In this document: positions 12,351-24,979 of the stretch, piece by piece
Position numbering within the stretch: position 1 is the first letter of the stretch
Layout: every line of letters begins with the position of its first letter
NCBI RefSeq assembly: GCF_963921235.1
Contig: NC_086107.1
Span: 108,440,001-108,504,000, forward strand
DNA from: Mobula hypostoma
Taxonomy: Eukaryota
Direction: 5' to 3'
Length of the DNA: 64,000 nt
Notes under the pieces: generated by a model
The model's input: only the letters and a program-made list of their open reading frames with translations
The model's database searches: none
Told to the model about the DNA's origin: nothing
Translations under genes and position numbers: made by a program

Positions 12351-12416
12351 ACCACTAAACAAATCAAAGTTCAACATTAAAAGTAACTTCATCATCAAAG
12401 TACATATGTGTCATCC

Positions 12417-13104
12417 CGGGAGGGGCGAGAAGATGGCTGCACAGCGGGAGCGCGCGCAGCCACTTCGGTGATGGTGTCTGTTATCTGTCAAGTAGGGGAC
12501 CGTGCACAATTCTGATTTGATGGAGACAGGCGTGAGAGTACGGAGGAACATCTGGAAAACTTCTGAAATGCCCTCTTCGCTGCTGCTGCTACTGTGTGGT
12601 AACCGAAATCTCCGGAGCTGAAGGCCCCGAAATCTTCGGCTTTGCGTGCTTCAGCGGCCGGGGAGAGGTCGAAGGCGCTCAGCAGAGGATGGCGTTCGGG
12701 AGGCTGTATCGGAGAGGCTGGTCGGAAGCTGGAAGTTTTCGGCCGGATGGATTCAGTGTCGGCTGTGGTCGGCTGCTTCCAAGGCATCGGCAAGTTGACG
12801 GTGCCTGGAGGTTTATGGCAGGGAGTTTCTCCCTTTTGCTGCCTGCTATCGGGGACTCGGGAGTCGATCGACTCGGGACTTTGAGACTTTTTTTTACTGT
12901 GCCCATGGTCTGTTCTTCATCAAATTATGGTATTGCTTTGCACTGCTGTAACTATATGTTATAATTATGTGGTTCTGTCAGTGTTAGTCTTTGATTTGTC
13001 CTGTTTTCTGTGATATCACTCCGGAGAAACATTGTATCATTTCTTAATGCATGTATGCATTTCTAAATGACAATAGAAGAGGACTGAGTGTTCTCATAAT
13101 CTAA
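12417..13104 (+). mobile_element. Non-coding CpG-rich retroposon (AAGATGGC-headed), apparently full length
   Basis: Starts gggaggggcgagAAGATGGC and ends aatgacaatagaagaggactgagtgttctcataatctaa. Its 3' part is near-identical to 23621-24066. It interrupts a Rex1-type tail. Confidence 0.8.
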
Positions 13105-13656
13105 ATATACCACCCATGAGATTCATTTTCTTGTGCGCATTTGTAGTAAATCCAAGAAACGCTATAGGATCAATGAAAGACCACATTCAACAAGATGGAC
13201 AAACAACCAATGTGCGAAAGACAACAATTTGTGCAAGCACAAAAGAAAAAAAAGCAACAAATTTCAAGAACAGGAGGTGAAGAGTCCTTGAAAGTGAGCC
13301 CATAGGTTGTGGGTACAGCTCAGATTTGGGGCGAGTGAAGTTTAATGAAGTTTTCCCCTTTGGTTCTGGCATGTGAAAAAGGTGTAGCGAAGGTGTGGTC
13401 GATGATAAATTTAGAAGTATACGTGCAAATTGTTAAGTCCTTCCAGTGAGATATAAGAACGAGAGTTGCATGATTGCAAATGTATCTCATAAGTTGATCC
13501 AGTACAGACAGTGTGAGATACAACCCAAGACTCTATTGACCTGAGTCAAGGTCTGACACCTTCCTTAATGAGAAATACATACACAAATAACATGCTTCTT
13601 TGAAAAGCTCAAGGAGACTTAGAAAAACTGTTGAAAGGTGAAATCTGTTAGTAATA

Positions 13657-14198
13657 TACTCAGTGGCCACTTTATTAGGTACACCTGCCCTTCAATGCAA
13701 ATATCTAATCAGCCAACCGTGTGGCTTATAACCCAATGAATAAAAAACACGCAGATATGATCAAAAGGTTCAGATGTTGTTCAGATCAAATATCAGAATA
13801 GGGAAAAAATGCATTCTAAGTGACTTAGACTTTGAAATGAATGTCGGTGCCAGACAGGGTGGTTTGAGTATCTCCGAAATTGCTGATCTCCTGGGGGTTT
13901 CAGTCACAACAGTCTCTAGAGTTTACAGAAAATGGGGCAGAAAAACTAAAAAATCATCCAGTGAGTCACAGTTCTGTAGGTGAAAACGCCGTATTGATGA
14001 AAGACTTCAGAAGAGAATGGCCAGACTGGTTCAAGCTGACAGGAATGTGATGGTAACTCAGATAACCGCACATTACAACAGTGGTGTGCAGAAGAGCATC
14101 TCTGAATTCAGAACACATTGAACCCTGAAATGGGTAGGCTACAGCAGCAGAAGTCCACAAACAAACTCAATGACCACTTTATTAGAAGTAGGAGGTAC
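13657..14198 (+). mobile_element. Tc1-derived non-autonomous element
   Basis: TIR actcagtggccactttattaggtac and HTH remnant ORF 13774-13983. Same family as 5891-6450. Confidence 0.85.
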
Positions 14199-16902
14199 GA
14201 CCGGAAAGATTTTCGATCCATCGGATGGACCACACAGCTTCTTCAGGCAAGACAAGGGGAGGTGGAGTCTGCCTACTGATCAACACTGGGTGGTGCTCGG
14301 ACACAGTGGCACTGACAAGCTCCTGCAGCCCGGACCTGGAACACCTGTCGGTGAAGTGTTGTCCCTACTATCTGCCACGGGAATTCACCTCGGTCATACT
14401 GACAACGGTCTACATTCCCCCCCAGGCGAACATGGAGTGTGCTCTGAACATACCGTATGCCAACATCAGTGAACTTGAGACCAGGTATCTGGAGGCTTTG
14501 CTCATTACAGCTGGGAACTTTAACCAGGCCAACCTCAGAAAGGCACTGCCAAAGTTAGACCAACATGTCTCCTGCCCCAGTAGAGGCCCGAATATACTTG
14601 ACCACTGCTACACAGCAGTCAAGGATGCCTACCGTTCCGTCCCACGACCTCACTTCAGAAAATCGGACCATCAGGCCGTACTCCTCCTCCCGGCTTTCAA
14701 ACAGAAACTGAAGCAGAAGGTCACAGTGTCAAAAGTAGTGTTGCATTGGACGGAGGAAACGGATGAGGTCCTCCGTGACTGCTTTGAATCGGTGGACTGG
14801 TTAGTATTCAAGGACTCGGCAGCTAACCTCGATGAGTATGCCTCAGCTGTCACGGACTTTATTTGGAAATGTACGGAGGACTGTGTGTCTCGCAAGACGA
14901 TCCGGGTATTCCCTAACCGGAAACCTTGGATGAATTATGAGGTCAAGTCCCTTTTAAAGGCTAGAGCCGTGGCTTTTAGGTCCGGGGATACCAGTCGCTA
15001 CACGGAATCCAGGAGTGAACTCCAGAAAGCCATTAAGGGCGCCAAAAGGCAATATCGAGCCAAGTTGGAAGCCCAGGCTAACCAAAGGGATGCCAGTAGA
15101 CTATGGCAGGGTCTAAATGAGATCACTGGGCGCAAAGAAAAGGCTGGGAATATCAATAACTGTGGCGCTTCTCTTCCTGACAAACTTAACATATTCTACG
15201 CAAGATTCGAACAGAAGAGGAGCGTCCCGCTCCCTCCGGATGAACCGGACCTGGTGGCATCGAGATTCATCATCACCGAGGAGGACGGTAGAAGGGCCTT
15301 CCTGAAGATAAATCCAAGGAAGGCGACGGGCTCAGATGGCGTCCCAGGATGGGTTCTCCGGGCCTGTGCAAGCGAGCTAGCTGGAGTGTTTGCTGACATC
15401 TTCAACTGCTCCTTGCTTCAGTCTAAGTTCCCCTCATGTTTTAAGAAGGCAACGATAATCCCAGTGCCGAAGAAGAGGAAGGTGGCATGCCTGAATGACT
15501 ATCGACCTGTGGCTCTGACATCAATTGCTATGAAGTGCTTTGAGAGATTGTTTATGGCACACATCAACCACAGCCTACCGGTCAACCTCGATGCTTTGCA
15601 ATTCGCCTACCGGAGCAACAGGTCAATGGCAGATGCCATCTCTCTGGCCCTACATTCCTCCTTAGAACACTTGGAGAATAAAGACGCATACGTAAGGCTC
15701 CTTTTCATTGACTACAGCTCTGCCTTTAATACTATCATTCCAAATAAACTGATTCCTAAGCTCTGGAACCTGGGCCTTAGCACTCAGATCTGCAGCTGAA
15801 TCTTCAATTTCCTCACAGACAGGACCCAGGCTGTAAAACTAAGGGACAAGCTCTCCTCTACAATCACTCTGAGCACTGGTGCCCCACAAGGCTGTGTACT
15901 CAGCCCCCTGCTGTACTCACTGTACACCCATGATTATATAGCCAAGTTTCCATCAAACTCAATATATAAGTTTGCTGATGACACAACAATTGTAGGCCGT
16001 ATCTCGGGTAATGATGAGTTTGAGTACAGAGAGGAAATTAAGAACATGGTGGCATGGTGCGAAGACAATAACCTATCCCTCAATGTCAGCAAGATGAAGG
16101 AATTGGTTGTTGACTTCAGAAGGAGTAGCGGACCGCACGACCCAACTTACATCAGTGGTGCGCAAGTGGAACAGGTCAAAAGCTTTAAGTTCCTCGGGGT
16201 CAATATCACAAATGACCTGACTTGGTCCAACCAAGCAGAGTCCACTGCCAAGAAGGCCCACCAGCGTCTTTACTTCCTGAGAAAGCTAAAGAAATTTGGC
16301 CTGTCCCCTAAAACCCTCACTAATTTTTATAGATGCACTGTAGAAAGCATTCTTCTCGGGTGCATCACAACCTGGTATGGAAGTTGTCCTGTCCAAGACC
16401 GAAAGAAGCTGCAGAAGATCGTGAACACAGCCCAGCACATCACACAAACCAATCTTCCGTCCTTCGACTCACTTTACACCGCACGCTGTCGGAGCAGTGC
16501 TGCCAGGATAATCAAGGACACGACCCACCCAACCAACACACTTTTTGTCCCTCTTCCCTCCGGGAGAAGGCTCAGGAGCTTGAAGACTTGTACGACCAGA
16601 TTTGGGAACAGCTTCTTTCCAACTGTGATAAGACTGCTGAACGGATCCTGACCCGGATCTGGGCCGTACCCTCCAAATATCCGGACCTGCCTCTCAGTAT
16701 TTTTTGCACTACCTTACTTTCCATTTTTCTATTTTCTATTTATGATTTATAATTTAAATTTTTAATATTTACTAATTTTTACTATTTTTAATATTTAATA
16801 TTTGTAATCCAGGGAGCAGGAAGCGCAGAATCAAATATCGCTGTGATGATTGGACATTCTAGTACCAATTGTTTGGCAACAATAAAGTATAAAGTATAAA
16901 GT
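14199..16902 (+). mobile_element. Rex1/Babar-clade LINE, slightly 5'-truncated, APE endonuclease plus RT, with a single internal stop
   Basis: ORF 14225-15799 (GGGVCL, VYIPP, GNFNQA, SDH, YRPVALTS, DYSSAFNTI) reads through TGA 15797-15799 in frame via GAPQGCVLSP and KFADD to 16651. The 3' UTR ends in (AAAGTAT)n. Confidence 0.95.
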
Positions 16903-16999
16903 ACATGCGATTAGCCCTTACCTTGAAGAGGAAAGCAATGCAATATATCTTAGTATTTGACCCCTGCAGTGACACATTTGTGCATGCACAGAGAGCTCC

Positions 17000-17612
17000 C
17001 ACAGATGTTTAGTAGAGACTGTATTGACTGGCTGCCTCATGGCCTGCTGTGGAAATACCAATGGCTTTGAACAGAAAATCCTACAAAAGGTAGTGAATTC
17101 AGTCCAGCACATCAGGGGTAAAGCCCTCCCAGCCACTGAGCACATCTACATGAAACGCTGTCATAGGAAAGCAGTGTCCATCATCGGAGATCCTCACCAC
17201 CCAGGCCTTGCTCTTTTCTCCCGGCTTCCATCAGGCAGAAGGAACAAGAGCCTCAGGACTCACACCACCATAGTCAAGAACAGTTACTGTCCCTCAACCA
17301 TCAGGCTCTCGAACTCAAGGGGACAGCTGCACTCACCTGCCCATCTTTGGAGATGTTCTCACAGCCAATGATCTCACTTTAAGGATTCTTTATCTTGTTA
17401 TCTCATATTCTTGATATTTATTGCTATTCATTAATATTTGCATTTGCACACAGTGTGTTGTCTTCTGCACTCTGGTTGATCTCTCATTGATCCTGTTTAC
17501 AGTTACCATTCTATAGATTTGCTGAGTGTGCCCGCAGGAAAGTGAATCTCAGGGTTGTATATGGTGACATATATGTCATCTGATAATAAATTTTACATTT
17601 TTTTTTGAACTT
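17000..17612 (+). mobile_element. Rex1-type LINE 3' fragment
   Basis: ORF 17024-17371 (LQKVVNSVQHI...LPSGRR), followed by tail gataataaa...tgaact. Confidence 0.8.
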
Positions 17613-18019
17613 CTGAGTTGGAGAGTTGAATATATGAGGGGTGTATGATGTAGCAAGAGCCCATTGTCTTCACTGCTCTCTGAAACTTCCAGTGCAGTAC
17701 AAGGCACATTCATCACAGAACCACAAGGCAATTAAACTGTGCGGAGTTCAAGATCATTAACAGAAGATCTGGGAGACGTGGGGAAGGCTTTCATGCAGTG
17801 AGTCATGATCTTGTCTGCAGTGCCTGAAGGAAGGTGCAAGGGGAGGGAGAGTATAGGATGGTGAATCCAAACTCAAACAGAACTTCTGGAAGCAAATTGG
17901 TAAACACTTGCAAAGGAAATATTTGTAGGACTGCAGGGTAAGAGAAGCGCAAGTAGGAGTAATTAATTAGCTCTCTCAAGAAAGCTGGCATCTCCCCAAT
18001 GACCGAAAGGGATTGCAGT

Positions 18020-18350
18020 TAATTTCTGGGCTTACTGTCCATAAGCCGGAATTGATGATCCAAAGACGAGTTCAAATCCCACAATGGCAGCTGGCAAATT
18101 TAAATTCAGTTAATTAAATAAGTCTGGAAGAGTAACTAATAAACTATTGGATTGTCATAAAAAAAAAACCATCTGGCTCACTAATGCTCTGCAGGTAAGA
18201 AAATCTGTTGCCCTTTACCTAATCTGGTCTGTATGTGATTCCAGATCCAAGTGAATAATCTTGAGTCTTAAATATCCTCTGAAATGGCCCAACGCACTCT
18301 CCAAGTGGCAATTAAGGATGGCCAATAGATGAGGCAACCACATCCAGGAA
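18020..18350 (+). mobile_element. Old SINE-like element
   Basis: B-box-like gagttcaaatccc, followed by a body ending ggcaattaaggatggccaata. Confidence 0.45.
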
Positions 18351-19199
18351 AGGAATTTATAATGAGAGAGAGGGAGCCTGTGGCATGTCGAACTGTTGGG
18401 ATGAACAGTGTTTTTTTGATGGACTCTAGACCATGGTCTCCTTGCTATTGTTTGCATGACACGTGGAGGAAGCGTTGAGGGTTGATACTTTGCTGCTGCT
18501 TGTGTATGAGGGGGAGATTTAGGGTTCTAACCTTTTCCTGTCATTCAGTCTTTGAGGTTAATCTTGTGTTTCGTGGATGTTTGTGTAGAGTAAGAGTTTC
18601 AGGTTGTATGCCGTATACACTGATTCCCAACCCTTCCGTATGCTTCTGAGACTTGGTCTTCATTCCTTACATTTCCGTGCATTCGAATTGCCGTACCGGA
18701 CCATGATGCAAACAGTCAGGAGGTTTTCAAAAGTACAACTGCGGAAGTTTGCTACAGGGTTTGGTGACATGCGGAATCTCCTCAATGTCTAACAAAGTGA
18801 AATCTCTGGCACACCTTTGAAAACGGAAGCTGTTGGTCGCCCCTCTCGCTGTGGAAGGAGTGATACCTCTCCCTCCCGCGTTAAGGAGAGAGAAAGCCGT
18901 GGCATGTTGCCGTGTTGGGTTATGGACTGTAGTTTTTGATGGACTCTAGATCATGGTCTTTTTGAGAGCTGTGTTATTGCTTTGATGGTGGGTGGGGTGG
19001 GGGCCGATGCATCCTGCTGGAACAAGTGGGGGTGGGGAGGGAGAAGGTTGGTGCTGCTTGCTACTGCTTGTGCATGGGGGGGGGCTTTGGGTTTCTAACG
19101 CTTTTCTGTAATTCATTGGGGATTCGAGGATGTCTGTGAAGAGTAAGAATTTCAGGTTGTACGCTGTATACATGATCTGATACTAACTGGGAAAATTGA

Positions 19200-20100
19200 A
19201 CAATTGATCCCTGCATTTGCACCCAGGACAGGTGATTCCCATATTTTACCAACTAGGACTTTAAAGCTGCAGACCCTCTCCACCAAAGTAGACTGGTGCC
19301 TGTTTGCCCTTCTTGGCTCTTCCCAAAGTCAACAACCAATTCCTTTAGTCTTACTGACATTGAGTAAGAAGTTGTTGTTGTGTGGCACTCAACTGGGTGT
19401 TCTTTCTCACATCCATATCTGTGACGTGTCCAACACAGTGGTGTCATTGGCAAATTTGTATGTGGCAATGGAACTGTGCTGACCCTCATAGTATACAGAG
19501 TACAGCAGGGAGCTAAGCGTGCAACCTTGAGGTATAAGAACGTAAGACATAGGAGCAGAATTAGGACATTTGGCCCATTGACTCTTCCCTACCATTCAAT
19601 CTCAACCCCATTCTCCTGACTTCTTTCTGTGACCTTTGATACCCCTTAATAGTCAAGAACATATCAACTACTGCTTTAAATATATCCAATGACTTGGCCT
19701 CCAGCGCCATCTGTGGTAGTGAATGCTACAGATTCACCATCCTCTGGCTAAAGGAATTCATCCTCATCTCTGTTCTGAAGAGACATCCTTCTATTCTGAG
19801 CTGTGCCCTCTGGTCCTAGACTCTCCCGTTATTGTAAGCCCACTCTATCTAGGCTTTTCAATATTTGGTAGATTTCAATGATATAGCCCCTCACTTTTTT
19901 ACACTCCAGCAAGTGCAAGCCCAGAGCCATCAAACATTTCTCCTGCATTAACTCTTTCATCCCCTGGATCATTGGGCGTACCTGTGTTGATGGCCAGTGA
20001 GGAGGAGATGTTACTACCAATCCACACTGTTTGAGGTCTGCCGAGAAGGAAGCCTAGAATTCAGCTGCAGATGGGGGTACAGAGGCCCAGGTCATGAGCC
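19200..20100 (-). mobile_element. Rex1-type RT fragment with a nested CR1 (about 19535-19975)
   Basis: PQGCTLSSLLYS and YKFANDTT (ORF 19407-19595) are interrupted by a CR1 3' end. Confidence 0.7.
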
Positions 20101-20409
20101 AATATACCACAGGCACATCCGACCCCTTCATTTTAAGTATTTGCATGAAGGCAACATCTCTCATCAAAGATCTCCAGCATCTGACCCAGTCATCTTCTCG
20201 TAGCTACCACTGGGGAGGAGGTACACAAGCCTGAAGTCCCACTGAAGTTCAATAACAGTTACTTCCCTTCAACCATTCAGTTCTTGAACTAATTGGCACA
20301 GCCCTAACCGAAATATAGTAACACTATGAATACGTTGTGTTATAATGGACTTGGTGTTCTTTTTATTTGTTCTACTTGTGTTCTTTCTTGTACAGTTAAG
20401 TATGATATA

Positions 20410-20964
20410 CAGGACTGTGCAAAAGTCTTAGGCACAGTATATATATAAATAGCTAGGGTGCCTAAGATTTTTGCACTGTACTGCAGTGATTTTATGTGTC
20501 GCACTGTACTGCTGCCACAAAGAAAAAAGATCGCATGACATACGTGAGTGTTGATAAACCTGATTCTGATCTGGGTCTCTATTGTAGACTGAGATTGGGA
20601 AGGAGGCAGGGAGAGGGGAATCATGGTTGGGAAAAGGAGAAGGGAGAGGGGAGGGAGCAGGAAGCACCAGAGAGACGTTCTGTAATGATCAATAAACCAG
20701 CGGTTTGGAAACAAATTACCTCAACTGGTGTCTCAGGGCTGGGTGTGTCTGCAACCTCGCCACTCCCCTACAACCTTGGCAATCCTATTATGCCATCTGT
20801 CCCACACCCCTCCCACAGCACTCCATCCTCATCATTTCCAGCATCTTTAGCTCAGACCAGATTTACAAACTCACTGTCCAGTCCACATTGACAAATATAG
20901 CACTGTGCAGACGTCTTAGGCACCCTAGCTATAGATATGTGCCTAAGGCTTGTGCGGAGTTCTG
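20410..20964. mobile_element. Composite Tc1-type MITE bounded by two mini-hairpins
   Basis: The TIR (about cagtactgtgcaaaagtcttaggcac) occurs four times, as inverted pairs at 20410-20483 and 20898-20964. TA precedes the left end. Confidence 0.75.
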
Positions 20965-21509
20965 TCTGCTGGTAATTTTCTTTTTGTGCACGTTGAGTAT
21001 CTGATGCAGCTGCTCAGCAAGTTTTTCATTGCAGCTGTGCATACATGTGTCTAATACAATAAACTCAAACTTTGGACTTTGAAAATACTCGAGAGAGTCT
21101 ACCAATGTTGCCTGCACATTGACATATATGGGTGTCACAATAGCATAGTGTTTACAACGCCAGCGATCAACTACTGTCGTTGTCTGAACCGTGTTTGCAC
21201 GTTCTCCCTATAACCACCGGCCGCTCTGGAACCCTCTCCACATTCCAAAGACGGGCAGTTAAAGTTAGGATTAGTAAATTGTGGGCACGCCATGTCAGCA
21301 ACGGAAGCGTGGCAACACTTGCAGGCTGCCTATGGCACAATCCTCAGATTGGTCGTTGATACCAATGCTGCCTTTCCCTGTACGTTTCCAGCACAGCCTC
21401 GGGTGTGATGATTGTTACCGCAAATGATGCACTTCACTGTGTGTTACACAATAAGTAAGCTAGGATCCTAATTCTGCCAGACCATCAATCCCAACTGCAT
21501 TTACCCAAC

Positions 21510-22212
21510 GTAGATTGGGAGACTACTTCGCCAAGCACCTACGCTCCGTCCGCCAGAAAAAGTAGGATCTCCCAGTGGCCACCCATTTTAATTCCACTTT
21601 CCATTCTCATTCTGATAAGTCAATTCATGGCCTCCTCCGCTGTCGTGATGAGGCCAAACTTAGGTTGGAAGAACAACACCTTGTATTCCATCTGGGTAGC
21701 CTCCAACCTGATTGCATGAACATCGATTTCTCGATTTCTTGAACTTCTGGTAATGCCACAACGCCCCCACACCCCCCCCCCAACATTCCGCATCTCCCTT
21801 TCCCTCTCTCACCGTCTCTCCTTGCCCGCCTATCACCTCCCTCTGGTGCTTCTCCCACCTTTTCTTCCTTCCATGGCCTTCTGTCCTCTTCTATCAGACT
21901 CCCCTTCCCCAGCCCTGTATCTCTTTCACCAATCAACTTCCCATCTCTCCACATCATCCCGTGCCCTTCAGATCCCTCACCTATCACCTTGTGTTTCTCT
22001 CTCCCCTCCCCCTACTTTTTAAATCTATTCCTCAGCTCTTTTTCACCAGTCCTGCTGAAGGGTCTTGGCCCAAGGCATTGACTGCACTCTTTTCCATAGA
22101 CACTGAAGGGTCTTAGCCCAAGGCATTGACTGTACTCTTTTCTATAGATACTGCTGATCTCCCCCAGCATTGTCCTTGGATTTCCAGCATCTGCAGATTT
22201 TCTCTTGTTTGT
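21510..22212 (+). mobile_element. Penelope-like element 3' part: GIY-YIG C-terminus plus pLTR
   Basis: RLGDYFAKHLRSVRQKK*DLPVATHFNS...LRLEEQHLVFHLGSLQP, then a pyrimidine-rich UTR, a duplicated degenerate hammerhead segment and the common 3' tail. Confidence 0.85.
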
Positions 22213-22329
22213 GATCATACTTAGATGACTTCTTTGTGCAGGCCACATCATCCACAGGACTAACTAATGTACTGTTGCTGCAGAGAAACTCACTTTCGTG
22301 GCTTTTATACCCTGTATATACATGTCTTA

Positions 22330-22535
22330 GCTGGCTGGTGGTGTAGTGGCATCCGCACCGGACTTCGAGGCAAATGTTCCCAGGTTTGAATCCAGATGGC
22401 TCCTTGCACGCAGTCCATCCGTGCTGGGTTGAGCATTAAGTGAGCAACTCGGCCTCATAGAAAACAGGCAAACGCTCAGGAAACTGCAGGTCAGCTGCTC
22501 GATGCGCCACAAGGCACGGAAAGGAACAAGAAGAA
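22330..22535 (+). mobile_element. tRNA-derived SINE
   Basis: A box TGGTGTAGTGG and B box GGTTTGAATCC. The body ccatccgtgctgggttgag is shared with 27573-27905. Confidence 0.75.
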
Positions 22536-23620
22536 TATGTACGATTATGAGAAGAATAAACTTGAACGTGGACTGAAACAAAGTCTTTTCTCTAAAGTCG
22601 TTCACAACAAAAGATCACCAGGGGACAGACAAAATGCTTCAAATACTTGATCAGAATCAGGTTTAGTATCACAGACGTACGCCGTGAAATTTGTTGTTAT
22701 ACAGCAGCAGTACAATGCAACACATAATGATAAAAACTGTACGCAGAAAGCTAAATTAAATAAGTCGTGCAAAAAGAGAAAACTAGTGAGGTCGTGATCG
22801 AAGCTTCCTTGGAAAAATGCAACATCCCAACAAACTCATGGGAATTTCCAGCCCGTGACCTATCAGAATGGAGGAGGAGTTTCTGGAAGGCTTTAAGCGA
22901 CTCAGTGTGTCCCTTCGTCAGGAATATCCAGGACTTCAGTGCAAGGAAGACTCATGTCAACTGGTTGCTCACCCAACATCAATAAACTCCTGCCCCACCT
23001 GAGAGTCCTCCTGGCATCATCGGCAGCAGGACTGGAAAGGGGGCAAGTCATTCTCGATTCTGAGGGACGGGCAGAGGAAGCAGTGTGTCTGCAACATTTC
23101 CCGCGGGAATGAGCTCCAGACTCTCAGGGGTCTCTGAAGGGAGCATCTTTGCTCGGAGTATTCAAGATGGCCTATGGTACGTCTCCATGGAAGCTTATCC
23201 CCGGTCAATACAGTTAAATGCCCATCACTAAATGGTACCCTACCTAAGAAATTCATTGTAACAAATGGATCATGATGTCTACACTTTCAAAATACAGTAT
23301 GTCCATGTCTATTTCTGGGCAACTTTATCTACCCTTTCAAACTTCTGATGACATTGAACATCCTGTAGAACATGCAGAAGAACAGTACAGCACAGTCCGA
23401 GCCATTCGGCCCACAACGTTATGCCAGCCTTTTTTAAAATTCAGAGCAAGCTTATTACCAATGTACGTATATGTCGCCAATACTACCCTGGGATTCATTT
23501 TCTTGCAGGCATTCAGAGTAGAACAAAGAAATCCAATGGAATCAATAAAAAACTGCATGCAGAGACTAACAAATAACTAGCGAAAGGAGATATACGCCGC
23601 AAATACAAATAAATAAATAA

Positions 23621-24066
23621 TGTGGGGCGAGGTCGAAGGTGCTCGGCAGAGGATGGCGCTCGGGAGGCTGTATCGGAGGGGCTGGTCGGAGGCTCGAAGT
23701 TTTCGGACGGACGGATTCAGTGTTGGCTGTGGTGGGCTGCTTCCAAGGCATCGGCAAGTTGACGGTGCCTGGAGGTTTATGGCAGGGAGTTTCTCCCTTT
23801 TGCCGCCTGCTATCGGGGACTCGGGAGTCGATTGACTCGGGGACTTTGAGACTATTTTACCGTGCCCATGGTTTGCTCTTCATCAAATTATGGTATTGCT
23901 TTGCACTGTTGTAACTATATGTTATAATTATGTGGTTCCGTCAGTGTTAGTCTTTGGTTTGTCCTGTTTTCTGTGATACCACTCCGGAGAAACATTGTAT
24001 CATTTCTTAATGCATGTATGCATTTCTAAATGACAATAAAAGAGGACTGAGTGTTCTCGTAATCTA
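23621..24066 (+). mobile_element. AAGATGGC-family retroposon, 5'-truncated copy
   Basis: Near-identical to 12660-13104. It interrupts a Rex1-type tail at an (AAAT)n run. Confidence 0.82.
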
Positions 24067-24819
24067 AAAAATACCGTGAACATGAGTTGTAGAGACTTTG
24101 AAAGAGTCTGTAGGTTATGGAATTAGTTCAGTGTTGAGGTGCGTGAAGTTAACCACGTCAGTTCAGGAGCCTAATGGTTGTAGGATAATAACTGTTCTTG
24201 AACCTGGTGACGTGAGACCAAATGCCCCTCCCTGTACCTCCTGTCTGATGGTAGCATCAAAAGGAGAGCTTGGCATGGAGAGTAAGGGTCCTTGATGATG
24301 GATCCTGCTTTCCTGTGGCAGTGTTCTGTACAGATGTGCTCGATGGCATGGAGGCCTTTTCCTGTAATGGTCTGGGCTGTATCCACCACGCTTTGTAGAC
24401 TTTTCTGTTCTTGAGCAATGTTTTTTCCCATACCAGGCCGTGATGCAACCAACCAGGATACTTTCCACTGTGCACTGTGTGGCCGTAGGTCTGTAATTAG
24501 TGAAGCCATCAGGTTTACTTTGTGTGCTTGCACCTTCTCCAGACCACTTGAGGCGAAAGGAGCAAAGCTCAAAGTTCAAAGTAAACTTATTATCAAAGTA
24601 CACATATGTCACCATCTACAACCCTGAGATCCATGTTCTTCTGGGCATACTTAGCCAATCTATAGAATAGTAACTATAACAGAATCAATGAATGGCCGCC
24701 CAACGGGGGCATTCAGCCAGGGCACAGAAGACAACAAACTGTGTAAGGACAAAAGGAATAAATCATAATAATAAATAAAAACACAATAAATATTGTGAAC
24801 ATGAGATGCAGAGTATATA

Positions 24820-24831
24820 TGTGTGTGCGTG

Positions 24832-24868
<37 letters not shown>
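24820..24868. repeat. (TG)n microsatellite
   Basis: Direct reading. Confidence 0.95.
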
Positions 24869-24869
<1 letters not shown>

Positions 24870-24979
24870 AGACCGACCATATACAAGCCTGAAATTCATT
24901 CTCTTCTGGACATGCACAGATAGAAATTGATAAGTTTCATTACTAACTTCTGACAGCACTCCATCACAGTAGATGTAAG

